The notes under the pieces: model-generated
Database searches by the model: none
Told to the model about the DNA's origin: nothing
What the model saw: the letters and a program-made list of their open reading frames with translations, nothing else
DNA from: a virus
IMG/VR virus record: IMGVR_UViG_3300028394_000059
Span: 22,785 to 86,784 of that record
Length of the DNA: 64,000 nt
Reading direction: 5' to 3' (one strand)
Program-made: the position numbers and the translations under genes
Shown here: positions 59,362 to 64,000 of the stretch, one piece after another
Layout: each line of letters begins with the position of its first letter
How positions within the stretch are numbered: the first letter of the stretch is position 1

Positions 59362-61248
59362 ATGTCAAAAGTAATTGGAATCGATTTAGGAACAACAAAC
59401 TCATGTGTGTCCGTTATTGAGGGCGGATCACCGGTTGTTATCGTTAATCAAGAAGGAAAGAGAACAACACCAAGTGTGGTTTCTTTTAAAGAAGGTGAGA
59501 TCAAAATTGGGGATCCCGCAAAAAGACAGGCAGTAACAAACCCAACTAACACTGTCTATTCAGCAAAGAGATTTATAGGATCTAACTTTGATGAGATTAA
59601 AAAGGAGGCCAAAAAGATGGCCTATAAAGTTGGTGTGGATAAGGATGGTAAAAAAGTTGTTATCCATGCAAATAATAAGGACTATGTACCTCAAGAGATA
59701 TCTGCAATGATTTTACAGAATCTAAGAAAAACAGCTGAAGATTATCTTGGTGAAGATGTTAAGCAAGCGGTAATTACAGTTCCCGCTTATTTTAATGACA
59801 GCCAAAGACAAGCAACAAAAGAAGCTGGTGAGATTGCTGGATTGGAAGTTTTAAGGATCATTAACGAACCTACAGCTGCTGCCCTAGCGTATGGTCTGGA
59901 CAAAGGAGATAGGGACTTAAAAGTGATTGTATATGACTTAGGTGGTGGTACATTCGACGTATCGGTACTTGAAATTGGATCTGGTGTATTCGAGGTTCTT
60001 TCAACAAATGGGGATACACACTTAGGAGGGGACAATTTTGACGAGGCAATTATAGATTGGATTGTGGAGGAATTTAAAAGCGAATCTGGTATCGATGCTT
60101 CCAAAGATCCTATGGCTTACCAAAGAATCAGAGAGTGCGCGGAAAAGGCTAAGGTTGAACTATCAGCATCATTGGAGACTGAAATTAATATGCCTTATTT
60201 AAGTGCAAATGCTGAGGGAGCTAAACACTTCGTTAAAAAGCTTTCAAGATCCCAATTTGAATCAATGACCAACGATTTAGTTAATAGAACGCTAGGTCCA
60301 TGTAAGAAAGCGTTAAAAGATGCGGGATTAAAGGCATCTGATATCGATGAGGTCATCTTGGTTGGAGGATCAACAAGAATACCTAAGGTACAGGAAGAGG
60401 TTGAAAAGCTTTTTGGCAGAAAACCATCTAAGGGTGTAAATCCGGATGAGGTAGTTGCTATTGGAGCTGCTATACAAGGTGGTGTACTTTCAGGCGAAGT
60501 TAATGATGTACTTCTACTTGATATCACACCATTATCATTGGGTATCGAAACAATGGGAGGTGTATTCACCAAACTCATCGAAGCAAACTCAACAATCCCA
60601 GTAAGAAAAAGTCAGGTCTTCTCGACTGCATCAGATAATCAACCAGCAGTTGATATTCATGTACTACAAGGGGAAAGAGTAATGGCAGCGGACAACAGAA
60701 CTCTTGGGAGATTTCAGTTAACCGATATTCCACCATCACAAAGAGGTGTACCCCAAATTGAAGTTACGTTCGATATTGATGCAAATGGTATCATCAGCGT
60801 ATCTGCTCAGGATAAAGGAACAGGTAAACAACAAAATATCAGAATTGAATCAGGATCTAAGTTGACCGACGAGGAAATTGAGAAAATGAGAAATGAAGCT
60901 AAACTTAACGAGGAAGCTGATAAAGAGAGATTAAAGAAAACGCAAGTTCTTAATGATTCGGATTCGATGGTATTCCAGATTGAGAAAGCGCTTACGGATC
61001 TGGGAGAGAAGGTTAGTGATTCCGGCAAAGAAACACTTAACTCGCTAATTACAGAAATTAAATCTTTGAGAGAAAGCGAAGATATTGAAACACTTGAATC
61101 AAAAATGAAGGAGCTTGGTGACAAGATGAATGAGATAACTGCAGCAATATATGCAGCTGATCAGCAATCACAATCAGAACAACCTGATTCAGAAAATACT
61201 CAGGAATCTGAAGATTTCCAGGAGGTTGAATTCGAGGAGGTTAAGTAA
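59362..61248 (+). CDS. dnaK: Hsp70 chaperone DnaK
   Basis: [45 protein letters not shown] and [12 protein letters not shown] motifs. Confidence 0.98.
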   Translation: MSKVIGIDLGTTNSCVSVIEGGSPVVIVNQEGKRTTPSVVSFKEGEIKIGDPAKRQAVTNPTNTVYSAKRFIGSNFDEIKKEAKKMAYKVGVDKDGKKVVIHANNKDYVPQEISAMILQNLRKTAEDYLGEDVKQAVITVPAYFNDSQRQATKEAGEIAGLEVLRIINEPTAAALAYGLDKGDRDLKVIVYDLGGGTFDVSVLEIGSGVFEVLSTNGDTHLGGDNFDEAIIDWIVEEFKSESGIDASKDPMAYQRIRECAEKAKVELSASLETEINMPYLSANAEGAKHFVKKLSRSQFESMTNDLVNRTLGPCKKALKDAGLKASDIDEVILVGGSTRIPKVQEEVEKLFGRKPSKGVNPDEVVAIGAAIQGGVLSGEVNDVLLLDITPLSLGIETMGGVFTKLIEANSTIPVRKSQVFSTASDNQPAVDIHVLQGERVMAADNRTLGRFQLTDIPPSQRGVPQIEVTFDIDANGIISVSAQDKGTGKQQNIRIESGSKLTDEEIEKMRNEAKLNEEADKERLKKTQVLNDSDSMVFQIEKALTDLGEKVSDSGKETLNSLITEIKSLRESEDIETLESKMKELGDKMNEITAAIYAADQQSQSEQPDSENTQESEDFQEVEFEEVK

Positions 61249-61270
61249 CACCAAAATAATTAATGATTAT

Positions 61271-61298
61271 AAAACCGGGGTAACACCCGGTTTTTTTT
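61271..61298 (+). terminator. Rho-independent terminator
   Basis: AAAACCGGG-gtaaca-CCCGGTTTT followed by a T run. Confidence 0.85.
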
Positions 61299-61311
61299 AT
61301 ACTAAATTCTA

Positions 61312-61319
61312 GATATATA
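61312..61319 (+). promoter_or_regulatory. GATATATA putative late promoter
   Basis: Octamer 29 nt before the ATG at 61341. Confidence 0.65.
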
Positions 61320-61340
61320 ATATAATATAAAAATAATATT

Positions 61341-62318
61341 ATGAAACATTTAATACATCTAAGTCTTTTTGAAAGCCAAAATTCAGAACCCGTTTGCGAT
61401 TACTATGATGATAAAAAACCAGATAGTGGATATTTTGATTTTTGGAGTGAATTCAAGAATCTCAATCCTGAGCAAAAAAAAGCTAAACTTGAGAAAATAA
61501 AACAGGAGATATCTGAATTATTTACACAGAACAAAAAAGAATATATTGACTGGTACTCACACCCGGATACTGTCAGTAAATTCACTAATGCCGAGCAATC
61601 GGTTAGAAAAAATTTGATTTCTTCACTCATACCTAATTTTAAAATTAAGCTAAATACATCTGCGGATCCGAAGGCATCTGAAATGGGAAAAAAATCCTGG
61701 GGATATTGCTCACCCGAAAAAGATCCATTTACCTCATACCTCAATCTTTATAATTTTTATAACGGAAAAGCACAGGGTAATAAAAGCATAAAAGACACAA
61801 TCAAACATGAGATGGCGCATTTAATTGATGGATTTCTTAAGAAAAATAAAGTGTCAACATATATCCCAACACACAGAAGTAATCTTTCTCAGGAGGAATA
61901 TAGCAGAATTTATCTTATAAACGATCGGGACACTTTCTCCCGTTTGAACATTCTTCGTGGTGTAATTAATGCTGGACCTGTGGATACGGGGAAACAGTTA
62001 TTGGACAAGTTTATTAGCGCTTATAAAAGCGGAAAAATAGGATCGGAAAGCTTTACTTTTAATGGGGCAGTGGACAGGGAAAGAAATATTCATATCTTGG
62101 TCATGAAACCTAAATACGCTGAAAAGGGATCCTCATTAGAAACCGTAAAATCAGTTTATAACTTAATGACTGCTAAAAAAGCAATTATGGTTGGGGGCAA
62201 GGAAAACTATAATATAGAGCAATTATTTTCTAATTTTGCAATCCTTAAAAATGGTAATATTTATGTTAATATGAGTGAAATTGCACAGGTTAATTCAACA
62301 AGTAAGAGTATGACTTAG
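61341..62318 (+). CDS. Putative zincin metallopeptidase with a capsid-targeting-like leader
   Basis: TIKHEMAHLID HExxH motif; N-terminus MKHLIHLSLFE. Confidence 0.6.
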   Translation: MKHLIHLSLFESQNSEPVCDYYDDKKPDSGYFDFWSEFKNLNPEQKKAKLEKIKQEISELFTQNKKEYIDWYSHPDTVSKFTNAEQSVRKNLISSLIPNFKIKLNTSADPKASEMGKKSWGYCSPEKDPFTSYLNLYNFYNGKAQGNKSIKDTIKHEMAHLIDGFLKKNKVSTYIPTHRSNLSQEEYSRIYLINDRDTFSRLNILRGVINAGPVDTGKQLLDKFISAYKSGKIGSESFTFNGAVDRERNIHILVMKPKYAEKGSSLETVKSVYNLMTAKKAIMVGGKENYNIEQLFSNFAILKNGNIYVNMSEIAQVNSTSKSMT

Positions 62319-62324
62319 ATAGTA

Positions 62325-62332
62325 GATATATA
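62325..62332 (+). promoter_or_regulatory. GATATATA putative late promoter
   Basis: Octamer 31 nt before the ATG at 62356. Confidence 0.65.
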
Positions 62333-62355
62333 AGGAACAAAATAATCATTAAATA

Positions 62356-62928
62356 ATGAGAACATTTAAACACTTCAAAGACAAAACCAACGAGGGTATT
62401 GAGATTGAAAGCATAGAAATAGGATCAGCTCCTGAAATAGTAAATCCTAAGACATTATCATCCGATATAGTTGAAGTGTTTGAAAAAAGACTAGCTGACG
62501 AGTACACTGCACATTACACATATAGAAATGCAGCTAACTGGTGTAGAAACGCAAACTACAAAAAAGCAGCAGCTTATTTCGAAGGTGAAGCAGCGGAGGA
62601 ATTGGAACATGCTAAGGGCTTACAAGATTACCTAACTCAATGGAACATATTACCACAAATACCATCAGTGAGTGTACCAAATGATTTTGATTCACTAGTT
62701 GGTATTATTGACGAGGCTTATGATATTGAATACAAATTATTATTGGAATACTCAGCTATGCAACATGCGCTTTGTGATGTTCATCCTGCAACATTTAACT
62801 TCATTCAGAAATATGTTGATATTCAAAATGAGTCAGTTGGAGGTTATTCGGATCTTTTGAATGCACTCCAGCTTATTAATATAAATAGCAAGCTGGATCT
62901 TTTGTTTTTCGAGGAAAGATATTTCTAA
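62356..62928 (+). CDS. Ferritin with an N-terminal extension
   Basis: DEYTAHYTY...YFEGEAAEELEHA..L.DYL...AYDIE...IQNE ferroxidase pattern; extra N-terminal MRTFKHFKDKTNE... Confidence 0.85.
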   Translation: MRTFKHFKDKTNEGIEIESIEIGSAPEIVNPKTLSSDIVEVFEKRLADEYTAHYTYRNAANWCRNANYKKAAAYFEGEAAEELEHAKGLQDYLTQWNILPQIPSVSVPNDFDSLVGIIDEAYDIEYKLLLEYSAMQHALCDVHPATFNFIQKYVDIQNESVGGYSDLLNALQLININSKLDLLFFEERYF

Positions 62929-62948
62929 ACAACAATTAAATTATTTAG

Positions 62949-62983
62949 TAAAGCCGGGCCACAAAGCTCGGCTTTATTTTTTT
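62949..62983 (+). terminator. Rho-independent terminator
   Basis: TAAAGCCGGGC-cacaaa-GCTCGGCTTTA followed by a T run. Confidence 0.8.
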
Positions 62984-63000
62984 ATGCCGGGTATCTTTTT

Positions 63001-63008
63001 TATATTTG
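63001..63008 (+). promoter_or_regulatory. Bacteroidota primary-sigma -7 element TAnnTTTG
   Basis: TATATTTG 13 nt before the ATG at 63022; no clear -33 TTTG. Confidence 0.55.
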
Positions 63009-63021
63009 CTAAAAAATAAAA

Positions 63022-63834
63022 ATGCCAGAAGGACCAGAAGTAAGAAGAATGGCTGAGGGATTAGCCAAAAGAATAGTTGGTAAAGATCTAACTGAGGCTG
63101 AAATACTCGGGGGGAAATGGTTAAAGAAAGAGCCTACTGGAATTCAGACTATTAGAAAGCACCTAGCACCAGGACCGCTCCGTGTGGAATGGGTTAGAGT
63201 TAAAGGCAAGTTTATCTACGCCAAAATAGGTGATCTATTTATGTGGAATACACTAGGCATGAGCGGAGGCTGGAGGGATCTTAGAGGTAAGCATTCACAT
63301 TTTGTTCTTAGATTTTCTGATTCAAGTGAAGTCTTCTTCGAGGATGTAAGAAGATTTGGTAACATTTCTTTCCATTCGGATCATGGGGAGATACAGAAAA
63401 AATTAAATGATGTGGGTCCAGATATGCTAAACGTCGAAGTTCCTTTTTCTGAGTTCTATGCTAGATTAGCAAAATCACCGAATAAGAATATTTGTAAAGC
63501 CATTATGGATCAAAAAGTTATCTCAGGGGTAGGTAACTACATAAAATCCGAGGCACTATATAGAGCTGGCATTTCACCCCACTTAAAGATCTCAGATATC
63601 CCACATGATAGAATGGAGAAGCTATGCGAATGGATAAAGATCATAATTAAAACCTCTTATGAACAGGGAGGAGCAACACTAGCCACTTATACCGACATGG
63701 ACAATAACCACGGTGACTTTGTATTTTCTTTCCATGTTTACCGTAAGGATAAAGATCCATTGGGTAACAATATACTTCATGAAGTTACTGAGGATGGTAG
63801 AATGACACATTGGGTTCCAGAAATGCAAAGCTAA
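63022..63834 (+). CDS. Fpg/Nei-family DNA glycosylase/AP lyase (zincless-finger type)
   Basis: MPEGPEV catalytic N-terminus, KGKF, LGMSG, DVRRFG and the H2TH motif DQKVISGVGNYIKSEALY; the C-terminal DGRMTHWVP lacks zinc-finger cysteines. Confidence 0.92.
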   Translation: MPEGPEVRRMAEGLAKRIVGKDLTEAEILGGKWLKKEPTGIQTIRKHLAPGPLRVEWVRVKGKFIYAKIGDLFMWNTLGMSGGWRDLRGKHSHFVLRFSDSSEVFFEDVRRFGNISFHSDHGEIQKKLNDVGPDMLNVEVPFSEFYARLAKSPNKNICKAIMDQKVISGVGNYIKSEALYRAGISPHLKISDIPHDRMEKLCEWIKIIIKTSYEQGGATLATYTDMDNNHGDFVFSFHVYRKDKDPLGNNILHEVTEDGRMTHWVPEMQS

Positions 63835-64000
63835 TGGTGGAAAGAGAGATACTAATACAGGAGGATTATCTGAAAGAGCCATGGAAAATGATGGTTTGTT
63901 GTATTCTATTAAATCAAACAAATAATAAGCAAGTAAGACCGATTTTAAGCTCCGTATTTGAACTTATCCCGACGCCCATATCTACTATTGGGTGTGATCC
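63834..64000 (+). CDS. MBD4-like HhH-GPD DNA glycosylase (3' truncated by the window; absent from the ORF track)
   Basis: Translated by hand: MVEREILIQEDYLKEPWKMMVCCILLNQTNNKQVRPILSSVFELIPTP; LIQE....PW..LV.CILLN.T signature. The ATG overlaps the fpg stop. Confidence 0.8.
   Translation, partial: MVEREILIQEDYLKEPWKMMVCCILLNQTNNKQVRPILSSVFELIPTPISTIGCD

Noticed and set aside
670-63921. Numerous short minus-strand and nested ORFs in the track (e.g. 889-1386, 41695-42111, 53214-53666, 59787-61124)
   Set aside because: They lie wholly or largely opposite (or inside) well-supported genes and have no recognisable motifs.
1-64000. Stop-codon reassignment (TAG/TGA) as in some Bacteroidota jumbo phages
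   Set aside because: Code-11 ORFs are full-length and tile the window; TAG and TGA end genes at sensible boundaries (3730, 14685, 37447, 57351, 62318).
1-64000. tRNA, rRNA or structured ncRNA genes
   Set aside because: Intergenic gaps are short and AT-rich. No cloverleaf or T-loop signature was recognised by eye; tRNAscan-SE and Infernal were not run.
59362-64000. Host chromosomal DNA or a prophage boundary at dnaK/ferritin/fpg
   Set aside because: The phage GATATATA motif and tagged ORFs are interleaved with these genes, the composition looks unchanged, and no integrase or att site is visible.

Overview
This AT-rich, densely coding window is almost entirely on the + strand and comes from a large T4-like (myovirus/jumbo) bacteriophage using the standard bacterial genetic code. 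The host is most likely Bacteroidota: the window has Hc1-like histone and DUF4494-like genes, a DnaK ending EVEFEEVK, a TAnnTTTG promoter element, and A-rich leaders without Shine-Dalgarno sites. Bases 1-45.3 kb form a neck/baseplate/tail module (gp5-like spike, gp13, gp25, gp6, gp7-like, PKD/propeller proteins, three collagen fibres, a spanin-like protein, gp3). This module is interrupted by an S1 ribosomal protein, an amidoligase, a free-standing endonuclease, a glycosyltransferase and phoH. Bases 45.6-51.3 kb hold recombination/replication genes (RuvC-like, GmhA, gp32, primase, UvsY, UvsW). Bases 51.3-64 kb encode many late proteins with T4 internal-protein-like N-termini (a nucleotidyltransferase, CHAP and HExxH peptidases, ferritin), a ligase/HxGH-nucleotidyltransferase fusion, DnaK and two DNA glycosylases. 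Best candidates for new biology: (1) a virion O-glycosylation system, consisting of an SGT1/HPAT-like transferase beside mucin-like Thr tracts plus a G-x-T-G motif scattered through the virion proteins; (2) capsid-targeted enzyme cargo, including a three-chemistry nucleotidyl-transfer module and ferritin; (3) two promoter grammars, GATATATA and G(G/A)AAC-N18-TAYAA. All family assignments come from motif recognition by eye; no database searches were run.
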